Positions 42,030 to 55,818 of a stretch of DNA of 64,000 nt are shown piece by piece. This stretch comes from Tubiluchus corallicola. Lineage: Eukaryota > Animalia > Priapulida. Location of the stretch: positions 7,169 through 71,168 of the forward strand of contig JAQGDQ010001004.1 in the NCBI GenBank assembly GCA_030141605.1, read 5' to 3'. Positions within the stretch are counted from its first letter, which is position 1. Each line of letters starts with the position of its first letter. A program made the position numbers and the translations under genes. The notes below the pieces were generated by a model. The model did not search any database and was not told the DNA's origin. It saw only the letters and a list, made by a program, of their open reading frames with translations.

Positions 42030-42495
42030 AGTACAAAAAACACCCTTCATAAACAAAGCTTAAAAATGTCGCCTTGTAATTTTATATCACTTACACGCTG
42101 TCTTATTGGATACAGAGCTTGCGTTAACAGTAACGCTGATTAAAACTTGTAAATTTAAAACTTCCGCGATGACCATTTTAACGGCAAGTCCTTTGTGCCA
42201 CAAATTTACAGAACATTGTGTAAAGTTAAAAAAATAATCACAGCATTCGTAGCACACTCTTCGTTAACTAAGCTTAATCTTGTCAGTAAGATTAATAATG
42301 TGTTTTTGGTGAACCAGTGGTGCACACTGGGATGGTGTCGCAGTGTTGTTGTACCAGGTGGCGCGAATATTTTAAATTACTAAGAATTTTTTCCTGTTAC
42401 ATAAGTCTTTCCAACAGCTAAGCGTAATCCTAAGTAATATAACTTTGTATGGAAAGTTTTTTGAAAAATACTTTAAAATTCCATTTTCTTCCCCT
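42030..42495 (-). mobile_element. Apparently full-length TTAA-flanked (Kolobok-like) MITE, 466 bp
   Basis: TTAA|AGTACAAAAAACACCC ... TTTTCTTCCCCT|TTAA. Imperfect TIRs (family consensus AGGACAAGAAAA vs AGGGGAAGAAAA). At least 6 related copies in the window. Confidence 0.7.
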
Positions 42496-43325
42496 TTAAC
42501 TAAATTCGGTCGCCAAGCACACACGTTAATCAATAACCATTCAGTCATGCCAATCGCATTCAAAAAAATTTAGATATTACAAAATAATGACATCTGTAAT
42601 CAATTGAGCGTTGCGCAGATCTGATTCTACGCGCAGATGATTACGTTTCTGGAGTACTTTTCGTTAATAAATAATTTATAAATTCTGTTTACATAGGCCA
42701 ATAACGGACATCCTACTGGTTATAATTATTTCATAAGATCAATACCAGAATTAATGAAAGCTAAAACAACATATTGGGCAAGCCCTACAATCGGAAATTC
42801 GCTATTTATTTTCCTGCGTCACGCCCATTAAATATGTAAAACGTGTAATTATACATGTATTCCTAAAATTGTTAACCGCAATAATAACTGTGTACACAAA
42901 CAAAAGGGTGCGTGCGTGCGTGCGTGGATAAGGAGGTGCCTAACGGTGAATAAGGAGGTGCCTAACAGTGAGGAGTAAGAAAACAAAGCATTGACAACAA
43001 ATAAGCAAATGATTTTATGAAACAGAATGATTTCATGCACAAGCCAGCGGCCATTTCTGATTCAACGTTCTATTTTTTGCCACTCATCAAAATAAATAAG
43101 CTTATTGTACGTCATGGTAAGTGATTTTTACGGCTGTAAATGTAAAACATTCACAGGAAGCTTAATTTGATGGGGTATATTAACTTAAGGTGGAGTAATT
43201 ATTGTACTATATAGTGTAATTTGTTTGTTTGATACGCTGTTACGCACCTAAAGATCTTACCTAGAATTCATATCTATGTGTGGGGAATTATGTCGATTTA
43301 AAGCCGATGTTATGTGCGCGAAGTA

Positions 43326-43585
43326 TTATTTTACTCTATAGGTATTATGTGTGTTGCTTGTAAAATTTGTGTTATACGAGGCTAACTTTTCAGAGTTTAC
43401 TACTTCCAGTTTTGTACCACGAAACGCTATACCATGCAACAGCAGGCATTTCAACGTCATCGGAAACCAAGTAGTCCATGAAAAATGCGCAAACACTGTA
43501 TGCTGTGCTTCTCGAGATATTGCGGGCATTTCAGAAGACTCAGCACTATCACCAAACCATCCCTGAACCAATTCTTCATTGTGAA
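43326..43585 (-). CDS. Candidate exon 2 of the MATH-BTB gene
   Basis: Acceptor AATTTCCTATAG after a 220-nt intron (43586-43805). The phase-1 join is in frame and open for 260 nt to TAA (VHNEELVQGWFGD...TYRVK*), giving 360 aa in total. Not recognisably similar to the SPOP BACK region. Confidence 0.4.
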
Positions 43586-43805
43586 CTATAGGAAATTTTC
43601 AATTTTTAATTTGTGGTCTATAGGCGTTTTTCAGTACTGCTGTACTCCCTACTTCTTCCTCCTTACAATACCCTTTTATTGTGTATTTTTGTATCCATTG
43701 TACTGGTTGTTTTAAACTAAATTTATTCTATTTTATTCTATACTGGGAGTTCAGTCTTTTCATAAGACTTACAGAATTGTGGTTTAGCTGAATTTAAATT
43801 CTTAC

Positions 43806-44628
43806 CTTCGAGTTGAAATTTTTCGGCAGCCGGCAAAAGCAAATGAGCCATTTCAGCCATCTTGTCTGTGTGATTCGTATAAATGTAGTTAATCATCTCG
43901 CGCACCGTTTCAGAATCAAAGTCTTTGACTTTCAAATGACTATGTCCCATTGGTACATCTGGAAGGTATTTGTGGTCGAATGTTTTTGCCAGTACCGGCG
44001 ACTGAATGCACAGTACAGCTTTGTGAGCGTGAAATGTCTTCTCGCCCTTTTCACCTGCCGTAATGGTAACGTCGGTGTGGTTCTTGTCCACAAGGAGTTT
44101 TTCACCTAAAGTCTGTTGGACAGCCGACCCGTTTACAGCATTATTTGTTATGTACCATTTGCATGGCTGTGTTGGAGGACTGGGCGGTATGCTGTGTCGT
44201 CCAGACTGTTTAATGTCCAAGTTACAAAAGAAGAACAATGAACCGTCTGGAAGCAAGTGCTCCTTTACCGCCTCCAACGGCAAGAATTCTCTCCATCCCC
44301 AGTCGGTACCCCATTCATCGTGCGTCGCAGACTTACTGTGGACGCACGCAAAATCCTGGTCACGAATTCCCAAAGAATAGATAACCTCAATATCCGGTTT
44401 TTGTGTGACGGGTCTGTTCTGGCCGTCGAAAAACTTGATGAGTTTCAAATACACGGAAATGTATTCCTTTGCCGGGTTCTCCCTGGCGTACGATTTAAAA
44501 TAAACGCGCCACTGAATTTTAACTATTTCATCTCTCGGATACGATGCGAAAAAATCCATAGCCAAATCGTCGACCGTTTTTTGAAAACGATGCAAGAAAT
44601 CTGGCACCTGAAACGCATAATGCGCCAT
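43806..44628 (-). CDS. MATH-BTB protein (SPOP/roadkill/TDPOZ-like Cullin-3 adaptor), main coding exon
   Basis: Strong Kozak GCCATGG with an in-frame stop upstream. MATH motifs: WRVYF, EYISVYLKL, DWGWREFL, LLPDGSLFFFCNL. BTB motifs: TDVTITAG..KTFHAHKAVLCIQSPVL, DFDSETVREMINYIYT, LLPAAEKFQLE. Similarity ends at the donor GAAG|GTAAGA (43806/43805), so the ORF-track tail to 43738 is probably intronic. Confidence 0.92.
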
Positions 44629-45756
44629 GGCTTAAACTCTCCACTATAACAAACACTTTTCCAGTATCCGGTGGCTGCTTACCACTGCATGCCAAATAGG
44701 TTATTAGCCTTATAAGCAGGCAATCAAGTCGCTTCCATGCAGTCCCATGATTCACTCACAGGCTAAATATTGCTGGATTGGTTGATGCGCCCGATGACAT
44801 CAGCGTTGCTGCTGTGTGTATATACTATCACTACTTGATGAAGCAGCGAGCTATTGATTTCGAACAAGCTGGTTTCATCGAACGTTGCAACTTCCAATGT
44901 AAGAACGCCAGGCTTCTTCCAATGAAGTTGGTTATAGGGAAAAGAGACTGGGACAGTTGTCGTGACGCCTGTCATCTAACGTCATGATTTTTCTTTTTTT
45001 AATTGCATTTTCCCCTTACAAATAATTTTAAATGATCCTTGATTCGTTTGTCTAATTTTACATTTACATTTCGCCTTATTTCAAATTCCCTGGTTTAGAT
45101 GTATGTTTATACATTTGAACTTGAGATTTACTGTATACCTTGAGTCCATGCTGTTAAGACCTTGACAACTTGTTATTAGCCTGTACGCTTGTCTATAAAA
45201 GCTTGTATTAACTTGTATCTGGGAACATTTGTCTAGGTGAGAGACATAGGTTCCAGTGACAGGTGTTTTTTTCTCTTTATAGTATTACTCTTGTTTATTT
45301 GATCATATTATTGTTTGATGTGCATATTATTGCTCGAGTGATGAATTGTCTTTGCTTAGTAAACTCAGCTTTATTCACTACGTCGTTTTTCTAGTCACAC
45401 TGTTAAATGGTTTGTTTGACTTTGCAGAGAATGAAAAGTCTAACTTATTTTGAACACCTCCCTTAATCTTGTCAAAACTGCCATGAGAGATTATTTTGAG
45501 AGATTTTGTTTCGACTAATTTACAAAGCATGCCTTGAAAATTTAACTAAAACATTACAAAAGTGTTGCGTACATTATACCCATTTTTGTGTCGTGTCTGT
45601 ATTCTGCATATTTTTTATCTGCACTTGCCTGCTCATACACTATTCATGTTTCTGTTGCAAAAACTAGCTACTCCGTAATCAAATACACAATGTTTGCATT
45701 ATTACACGCAGAGCTGAGAAATTGCTGTCTATGTGAAGCATTCCCTCCAGGACACG

Positions 45757-46300
45757 TTATTTTTATTTTATTTTATTTCAAATTCATTAAAATATGCATT
45801 AAAAAATAAACTATAAAACAATAAAAGCATGAAAGTGGACGTAAAGAGACAAGCTGCTTGCATACGCCTATCATACACAAGTCATTTATCAAAATTCAAA
45901 AACTTCAATCTATTTTGGAAAAGTGTAGAATTGCTGCAGTGACCAAAGCTGCGTCATTTACTGAACGGGGTAAGGAATTCCATACTTGAACAACACGGTT
46001 GAAGAAGAAAAACCCAAAACCTTTTTTATTCGTTCTATGAACATACAGCTTAAAACTACAGTTGCTTTTTGTCCTAATAGTTAGTGCTCTTGTGAAAAAT
46101 TTTTGGGATCTAAATCAACATCCATTTAAATTATCTTGTAACTTAAATCGTTTAGTAATCATCTCTCCTGTAATGATCTTAAATGAAGGGTTTTGCGTCT
46201 TTCTGGACAGGTTTCATATACATATATTAAAGTTCTGAGTTACATCTATAGTATAATCGTCTTGCAAAACATTTTTGTACAGTTTCAAAAATATCTACAT
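45757..46300 (-). mobile_element. 3' fragment of a CR1-group LINE with an (AAAAT)n-type tail
   Basis: Minus strand reads FFFFNRVVQVWNSLP...LVTAAI, with upstream degenerate SYETCPE. TTATTTTTATTTTATTTTATTT tail at 45757-45778. Confidence 0.75.
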
Positions 46301-47115
46301 CCCCATGCAATGATGGACTCCATGTCAGGGAGCAATATTCAACTACGGGCCTCACACAAACTTATCTTTTCATTAACTTGATATGTCGGTCATTTTCGAA
46401 GTTGCCCTGCAAAATTTTCTTGGTACTTGTGTTTATTTTTTATACATGATGAGCTCAACGACGTTTCCTCTTCTTTTTGCCTTAATTAAAAAAGGAGCAG
46501 TGAAGTAGACATGGTGCTTGTTGTCTGTTACTCGCAAAATGTGCAACAATCTAATTTCATGCACTGTTTATGTTAAATAACGAAAGAAAACAGCAACTTT
46601 ATAACCAGTTTTTTTATAATCGGATATCATTGCCTTAATATGCTTTCGTAATTTGTCGAACAACATTATCATTTTATTGTCCAGCAACAACCTGCTTTTA
46701 GCATTATTCGAATTTTTTCCAGGCATTACTTGCATCCATAATTTTACCCCATTTGTGAATCTAGACATCTTAATCCTAGTATCATAAACTAGTAATATTA
46801 AGTATTCTATGTGTTTCTGTAGCAACTAATGCTGTCGTGCGAACAGACGAACATTCTGCAGGGAGACGGACTAATTAATTAACTAATTAATTAATTAAGA
46901 AACTAAAAACAAACTCTAATATACACAAATCATGCTGGTTGCCAGTCGTTGGTTAACATGGTTTGTAGCGTTGTCTCGTTGCAATTATTTTTTATCCTGC
47001 TGGCAAAACTGCAATGCCAAGCTTTGCGATAAGACTCAAAAAGTCTTGGGTAGCGTTTAACAAGATCTGTGCAAAATCTGCAAAAAATTCAAACTAAGAA
47101 TAGCAAATATAGCAG

Positions 47116-47285
47116 TCAGCGATGACAGTGACGGCAGTAATGATAATGATGATAAATACAGATCATGAATGACGACGATGATGCGGCAATGAAGAAGAAG
47201 AGAAGAAGAAGAATAAGAAGCTGATCATGATGATGATGATGATATGATGATGACGACGACGACGATGATGATGATAATGATGATC
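47116..47285. repeat. Compound (GAT/GAC/GAA)n triplet repeat
   Basis: Seen directly. Confidence 0.9.
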
Positions 47286-47874
47286 TTGCAGGCAAACTGA
47301 TTAATTTAGTTAGATACAAAGTGAATACAACTCTGAATCTCAAAGACGTTCGAATCTGTGTGAATTTGTTTTGATTTGTTGCTATTGTTGAGCAAAAACC
47401 CGATTTACTGATTGGCAAGGCTTTCTCAACAGTGTACTGTTAATGTGAATAGATGCCTACAGACAAATTAGAGATTATGAGACTATGGGCTGTCGAGCAA
47501 TTAGCTAAGTTGAAAAAATATGACAATCGGTAGCAGAAAAGCCGTCTCACCGAATCATAAACCGAAACCGAAAGTTTTGCCGTAATTTCACTAATCATAC
47601 TGCTGATAGTATTACAAACTATAATGCAATAAAGTGTTTCAAATTGAAATCACGAGACCGTCACTTAAATGTAATCATTCGTATGCAGTTTCGGTAGGAA
47701 AAATGAATAACAGGGACCAGACCTTTGCCTTACTCGCAGTTGTTGAAACAGTTGACCTGCAAAAATCATTTTATGATAATGATAATGCAGAAAAGTAACC
47801 TTTCCATGTCTCTGTGTGTATCTTTTCTCCATCCAATGCTTTAAAGAAACTACAACTGAGATTTGACCTTCCGT

Positions 47875-48265
47875 CAATAATTATCAAACTGAAGGCCTTA
47901 TAGTTCATGAGCAAAATAGATTTAGGAAAAACAGAAGTTATCACGATCAAACTACTAGCTTTGTCACTCGAACAAAACTGGAGTCAACTTTTGCGGTATA
48001 TATTGACTTTAGCAAAGTCTTTGATTGTGTACTTAGAGATATGCTCAGGCACAAGCTCTCTGCATTGGGTTACATGGTAAAATGATTAATGCATTAAAAG
48101 CAAATGTATGGCAATGTAAAAAGTTGTGCTCTCAAATAACTGGTTTCTTCACTGATTGGTTCAATGTCAACAACGGATTAAAACAAGGCTGCACATTATC
48201 GCCTTTACTATTTTCACTATATAAATGACCAGACTTTAGCTCAAAAACCGTGGGGAAAGGTGTGC
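47875..48265 (+). mobile_element. Decayed non-LTR retrotransposon RT fragment
   Basis: Reads LIVHEQNRFRKNRS..DQ, TFAVYIDFSKVFDCV, WFNVNNGLKQGCTLSPLLFSL, with frameshifts. Confidence 0.85.
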
Positions 48266-50202
48266 AAACAATTGTTAATAATGTTAATACGTATGCGAAA
48301 TCTAAATGTTTTGGTGGACGAGTTTTAGTACTTTTACACAATTGTTGGATTCTGTGGTTGTACCATTTCTTATGTATCAGTTCATTATCGGTTACTTAAA
48401 TAAAATTTTTCGATAAGCAAAATTGTCTCAACAAGTATATTCTGACATGGGAAAACTTAAACGAGACACTCCTGGTACTATACCCATTATTATTTAACGT
48501 ACGTCAATAATATATGATTTATTGTAATAAATTAATAAATTATCTCTTATGCTGGTGATACCTGCGTAGACACTTACACAATGCATTTCAATTAATGAAT
48601 TAAAAACAACACGGAAAAACGTAAAACCCAATTTGATCAACATCAGTTGCAAAAAATCCTGGAAAACCATATTTATGAAGTTCATTATAAAAAATTGTCT
48701 ATCATTTCGCCAGTTCACATTTCACCAGTGTATCATTTTGTCAGCCGCTTTTGATTTTGATTTCATTGATCATTTGATTTTACCAATTCCTTATTAAACG
48801 CAGAATTTTGACATCGTGTCAAAATTGTGAAAGTGCTTTTATTTGGTTAGAAATTTGCGGCAAACAACCACAAAATGTAAGCAAAATGTTATATTTTAAA
48901 ACTACGCTTGCTTTATTAACTAGCGGTCAAGTGGTCTGAACTTAAAGCATATTTTATGCCTTTTTAGCGCCAACTGGAAGATAAATCTTGCGATATTCTG
49001 TGAAAAATCAACCTTAGAGTGAGACATACTTGTTTTTGCGAAAAAGATTTCATTTTCTGAATCGAGCTTAAAAATTGGCTATTTTGAAAGGAACTATTTC
49101 TAATCAATTTTAACTCTGACATGATCAGAGTTTAACCAATAATGAAATTGTCACCCCACGATAGCCATCAGTAAAAGCATCGTTCTTTTTTCTATCAAAA
49201 TATTCCGACATTTAAAAAAATCGTGTTTACGCTTAAAATCTTCCTTAATTTTGTTTGCTTGTTTGCTTCCCTTAACAAGTTCGCACAAGTTTATTCTCTT
49301 GTTAGACGAAAAATTCATGCAATAAGTAACAGCTTCATTGGTGCAATACACGGTTAATATACATTATCCATCCATTATGGCATGTGAATGGCGCATCTCA
49401 GCATTCTCTAGCATGCTCCAATAACGAGAAGTGACTGGTGAAGGATAAAGCTCAGATTTGGGGAGTTTGTCCGATCGAAGCACGTTATAATGGTGCTTGG
49501 TTATTAAGAGGATGGAAAGGCTATTAACTGCATTTAATCTTATTTCGTATTCACCGCATTCACGACGCGAATGCTCGACGAAGCATTGCGTTGCTCGTCA
49601 CGTAAAACAAAAAATCTGCAAGTCAGTAGGCTGATAGATACTGATAGCAATCGCCGCCAAAATTACGCAACTTCTGCTACGCAGTAAAATTGCGCTGCGT
49701 TTGATAAGTAAAGGATGTCTCTCGGCAAAAATATTCGCGATGCGGTAAAATTACGCGGCGACTCGACAAACAGTTTATACAGGAACGTCAGAAAAATACA
49801 TTCCCCTCAAATTCTTTAATAAGACAAAAATTTACAAATTAACTAGAGAAATAGGACTATGGTAAATGTTATACTTTCCAAGTCCGACTAGATACCCAAC
49901 GACCAGCAAATCCTTTTGGAAGCAAACTTGGTCGGGACTCATTTTTTCCCGACAATAAGCTCCAAAAGTGTTGTTGCAGAAGCACTTACTGTTTTTATCT
50001 CAGGAAGATACTTTGTTTCTGCGCTATAATACTGTAATATCACACCACATAATTCTCAACTTCATATCATAATAATTAACATCATAAACTTATCATAACC
50101 CTGCTTTAAAAATAAAAATTATTAAATTAATAATTACTGACTCAGTAATTTTAATACGTATTGCTATTCATTTTATAAAACAGTACAGCACAATTTGCTA
50201 TT

Positions 50203-52860
50203 TTAATAATAATAATAATAATAATAATTTGTTTTTCACATCAGTACAACACTACAGGGCAAATACATGTACAAATAATAAAATAACCAAAATAACAAAA
50301 TATTTTACATCAAATCAGAAAAATTTATATTGGCCGTACATATTGTACTGCAGAACGTTGAAGAAGCTGACAGCTTATAAAATCTTTCTGAAAATGTGAA
50401 AAAGAGAAGAAGAAAAAGGTTAGTAGTAATAATAAACGTTAGGGAAAAATAGTGCGAAGTATGGAGATCGATTGGGGTGGTGTATATTACGATAAAAACT
50501 ATATTCTTAAATGATAAGTACTACGTATAAAGGCATAGACAAAGACAGACATAAACTACAATTAATATTTGCAAATTTGATAATTGACAAAGATATATGT
50601 TATGTACATATAATATGTATTAACAAAATAAGCAGAAAAAAACACATAAAAACACAGGTAGTCAATAATTGCTGAAAAAATGACTTTTCATTACTTTCTT
50701 AAACTTTTAAATTGAGTGAACTTGTTTTACAGCTACATGAAGAGAATTCCAGATTTTAGGTGCAGTCATTCTTATAAAGTGTTTCATTGCATTGGTTCTA
50801 CAGGGCGCTGTAATGTATTCATTAAATCTGGTGTTATGGACTTTGGGGTTTAAACTGACTGGATTTGCAAAAAAATTAGGGAACAGATTGTTTTTGCTTT
50901 ATACATAAAGGTACAATAAATAAACATTGTAAGACACGAGATCGTCAACCGTTAGTATCCGACAGTCTTTAAACAGTTGAGTAATCACAGGATGGTGGTA
51001 TGGTAAACAATAATTGATTCTTGGGAATTTTCTTTGTAGAGTACCGAGTTGGTTTAAGTTGGTTACGTACGTTTTACCTGAGAGAATATTACAGTAGCTA
51101 AGGCAAGGCGAAATCAGGGCGTTGTACAAAGTTAATAAGTTAGACTTGATGAGACTACGTCGTATATATGAGATTATTCCAACATTTTTTGCAATCTAAT
51201 TACTGATCATAGTTATATGGAGTTTCCAGTTTAGATTTTCGTGTAATACTACGCCCAGGACTTTATTTTGATGTATTCGTTCTATTAGACGGTCGTCTAT
51301 TTTTAAGTTAATTGTTGGCACAGTTTTGTTCTTAGAGTGAAAGATAATGCACTTTGTTTTATCAGGGTTTAATGGTAACTTATTAGCTTTAAACCAGTCC
51401 GAGCAAGCAGATAGTTTGTAATTCATTTCTGTCTCAGTTAGAAAACTGTGATCCATAAAGATAGAGGTATCGTCGGCAAGTTGAAAGATTTTAGAATCAT
51501 TCTCTAGCGTGTTAATGTCATTTATGTAAAGCAAAAATAAAAGTGCGCCTAGAATTGAGCTCTGTGGAACCCCCGTTTGTAAGATTTGTGTGTTTGAAAC
51601 AGCATAGTTACATTTAGCAACTTGGGTACGATTAGTTAAATAATTGCGAAACCATGAATTAGCTATGCCCTTGATCCCATAATGGTTAAGTTTATCAAGC
51701 AGGATAGAGTGATCAACCGTACTGAAGGCCTTCGATAGGTCACAGAATATACCTACTAACAGCAATGGAGTTGTTTTAAATAACGTTAACAATTTTTTCA
51801 CAAGCTTTTATTAGAGCTATATCACAGGACGAACCCTTGCGGAAACCAAATTGATTTTCACTTAGTAGTTTATGTTTAGTTAGAAAATCTGTCAACTGAT
51901 TGTGCATAGCTTTTTCAAATATTCTGGAGAAAAACGACAACAATGAAATTGGCCGGTAGTTATTAATGTCAGTAAGATCTTTTTTATGTAGTGGAATAAT
52001 AGCTTGTTTGAGTACTTTAGGTATGTCGCCACAACTAAACGATAGGTTAATGATGTGGCTCAACGGTGCAGAAATTAAGTGTATAATGTCAGAGGCAATA
52101 TTTGGAGAGATATTATCGATACCAGCACTTTTGTTTGAATTGAGAAATTTTGTAATTATTGTGACATCTTGAGGTGTAACAGGTTTTAAAAAAACGATTT
52201 GTGAAACGCCCCTCGAAGATAGTCTGTAATACATAGATAATGAACGGTAGAATTTATGATTTTTTTCATCGTATTTTAGCCCAATAGTTGCAAAATAGGT
52301 ATTAAACTTTTCAGCTATATCTTGACCGTTAGATACAAGCATGCCATTTTCGTCTCTATGTTTAGTTTGATTGATGCACGTAATACGATTACTCATAATT
52401 TCCTTCATGGTATCCCATGGGTTTTTCATGCTGTTTTTGCAGCTTTCGAGCTTGTCATTATAGTATTTTGATTTAGCGTAGGTGTTTAACGTGTTTCCAT
52501 ACTGTCTGTAGAATTCTAAAGAGATGCTACTGTCTTTATTAAGAATTTGTCTACACATTTTGTTTTTGCTTGTTATAGAATTTAACAGGCCTTGCGTTAT
52601 CCACTGCTTCTTTATTAACTTGCCATCAACGTTTTTACCGTTCCACAGTTTGGATTTAACGCGAGATGAATAAACCCTTGTGAAAGCGTTTCCATAGCCT
52701 CATTAACATTTGTTTCGTTTAACGTTTCATTCCATGTAATATTGCTCAAATCTTCAATCAATGCTGCTTTAATATTTTCATTGTATATAGTTTTTTTTGT
52801 AACTTACTGGCGCAGCAATATTTTGTTAGACAGTTGTATTATCACTGTTATAAACCTAAT
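50203..52860 (-). mobile_element. 5'-truncated, frameshifted CR1-group (Crack/L2/Daphne-like) LINE
   Basis: ORFs 51776-52558, 51196-51801 and 50899-51129 give KSAGIDNI, NYRPISLL, NQFGFRKG, GIFCDLSKAF, GVPQSSILG, LADDT, NKLPLNPDKT and LGVVLHENLNWK, with PKIWNSL further 3'. Followed by a 3' UTR and (ATT)n tail at ~50204-50228. Weak candidate TSD TTTGCTATT at 50194 and 52869. No endonuclease domain seen. Confidence 0.93.
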
Positions 52861-53345
52861 GATTTGTTTTTGCTATTAGCTCTAGTTAGGTACTATAACA
52901 ACATGAGCTAAAATTCCTGGACTAGATAAAAATATTTTGATTAACTATAATATGACAAAAATAAATTTCAACGCCATGATCTACTTGTGTTCCCAAAAAT
53001 GTGAGCCGTCAAGAATTAGGACCATAAGTTTACAGTAAAACTTAACCCCCCCCCCCCCGCCTCAAAGGTCTTATTTCCGTTAAACGGACTATTTATTGAA
53101 TTCTGTAGCCGTTAACGTCGAATGCGTCTTAACACATCATGATGATGTTAATAATTAAACGGTTATAACTGAAGTTGATAATAATTATTGATTACCAGAA
53201 AAGCGGAACAGAATTAGTGGCTTAAGTCGTTGACACTGGATTAATGATTAGACCTCATCAGAACCCTGACTATTTCAAGCTGAAGAAGCTTAAGAATATG
53301 ATTAATTGGTCATGTGTGAAACGAATTTCCGATAGGGCAATTATT

Positions 53346-53380
53346 GTATATATACATACCTACATACATACACACACACA

Positions 53381-53412
<32 letters not shown>

Positions 53413-53440
53413 CACACACACATATATAACTATATATATA
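53346..53440. repeat. Compound (TA)/(TACA)/(CA)/(CACG) microsatellite
   Basis: Seen directly. Confidence 0.9.
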
Positions 53441-55818
53441 AAGTTAAAACTACATTTTATTCTACTGTAATTCGTAAAGACTAAGTGTGAAGTGTTCTGT
53501 ATATAGTAAGAACGTAATCTTCTGTAGCTTAATTGTATAATGAATAACTTTAAAGCCAAGTGAATCACTACTGTCATCAATTCATTAACTATGTAATTAC
53601 TTAAATGCATATGATATTATAAGGCAGGGAATAGATCCCTGTCAAGAACCGGTCTGATGCGTAAAAAACTAGGAGCAGGTTTTTTCCCTTGTAGAGGTTA
53701 TACTTATGGAAGTCCCCCTAAAGTACTTATATAGTACGTAACTGTGCACAGATTATGGATACTAACAATTACTATCGTAAGATCAATGTGACGTCTAACC
53801 TTTATGTTGTATTATTACTGTAATTCAAAGTGTATGTCTAACTTTGTAACATTATTGCAAATAAGTATTTGTATCATGGTGTTTTAATCAATCGTTATTT
53901 GCTTTTATTTTATCTCTAGCTAGGAACTACAATGAAGATCAACAAAGCACTAATTTGTTTTTGATAATATGCATTTCGAGAATTCCTTTAGATACAAAAA
54001 ACCTTCAGTCTAATAACATAACATCCCACATTTCAAGAGGAAACACGTCAGTTAAAATTTTTAGTTCTCGACAGGTCATCACACACGTTTGCACATCAGA
54101 GCTAATACTTCCATGTAACTACGTTTTAACATTTGTAATAGCTTCCATTTGTTCAAATAAAATCGTGCGTGTGGCACATATTTGCTAACTAAGTTGATAG
54201 CTGTCCAAATGAGTCAGAACCTTATTATTTGATATAACTAAGTAGTGGTTTCTCTGGTAGTCTAAATTAAACTACAAGCACCTGCCATGTTTTATGACAA
54301 AGTTCTACGGAAATCTTATTCAAATGATAACCGGCAAAAGAACAAAACCAACGATACAATAAAGATGCTGGTATTTATTGCTGAGACGTTTCGGATCATT
54401 CTAGAATTCGTTGTCAAGTCAATAAATGCACACGTGCAAACAACACAGAATAGGATCTATTTTGATGCTGGAATTGTAATTAAAGAAAAACCAACTTATA
54501 TACAAGACCATAATATAAAGACATTTATGTAAGTATAATTCTATTTCTGCAACTTTAACATCTATGTTATTGTTTTAAAACGTCTTTGTGAACATCTTGT
54601 GAGAAAGTTAATTTCTCTTTAATTGCAGTTCTAGTGTTATACCAACAAATCTCTTCAGTGTTGTTTACATTTGTTGACTGACAATGGATTCTAGAATAAT
54701 CCGAAACTTCTCATCAATAAAACTGGCATCTTTATTGCTCGGCATGGCTTGTTTATAACTGCGAAGTTGTGACTGTTTGTGACTGTTTGCTAAGGACAGT
54801 TAATTCATCAGGTAGGACTCAACTTCGTTTCCAGAATAGTTTTGGGTTTGTTCTCGAATCATCTTAACACAGTTGTTGTAGTCCCCAAATATCCATAACC
54901 AAATATGCTCACTCCAGTGCAGTTCGTGCCCAATGGTTTTTTTCCACCCGATTATGCCAGTGCACAAATGTCTGATGCCATATTGTTTGCTGCGCAAATT
55001 ATAATTGCTTTGCGCCCATTTGTCCAGTGGCCATCGAACTGGCCGCTGTCTAACTCTAACCATCTAATGGCATCCGCTAATGAAATAACAGAAATATAAG
55101 TTTGCCAAAAAAGTCAATACATCAGAATATTTTTTATGAAAACAGCAGTGAGACTCGGCGTATTTTTAATGCTAGTAGCTAGACAAAACTTTGAATTATG
55201 CTCTGAATTAATGAATTATGAAAAATTGACAGCTTTGTGTATACTGTGGGAACAACAAAATGTTCTGAATTTTGGTTCACATTAGACTGACCAGCAACAA
55301 AATTGCTGACAAAGATTTTAGAGTAAGAGCAATCCTCACAAGTCTTGCCATGAGATGGCGTGACAATACCTTCACTTGGAAAGTTTCCGAAAGATGGAGC
55401 AGTAAGACAGTACGAATACGCAACAACTGAGGTAATTACTTATTGTTAAACACAAATTTAGCCTTTTTGCTTCGTACGGATTATTTAAGCCGTAAATTAA
55501 TTACAAAAAATACATCTAATTAGTTAACAATTACTCTAACTGACAAATTTTCGAAAACGTCTTATGTACCCGCTTTTGTGCTGAGATGCTTGTCTTGGCA
55601 AGAATAAACTTGTATAAACTTACGATACCAAGATAAAAAAACTCCAGACTGCTCAAAAAGCATTCTGTGAAAATCCTATTTCTAATGGAATTCACAATTT
55701 ACCAATAATTCTGTAAAATCGCGCATGTATGTACGTACGTAGTGGAGTATGTAAGTGCAAACAACAATAGTGCGGCATTTTTGTTTCCAGTTGATTCTTT
55801 GCTACTGAGTATATGTAA

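Noticed and set aside
43738-43805. Single-exon ending of the MATH-BTB ORF (KNLNSAKPQF...)
   Set aside because: BTB similarity stops at a consensus donor. Read-through is possible but less likely than splicing.
44763-44975. Upstream 70-aa ORF as an N-terminal extension of MATH-BTB
   Set aside because: It ends in TAG before the nearest donor, and an in-frame TAA sits just upstream of the Kozak ATG. At most it is a uORF.
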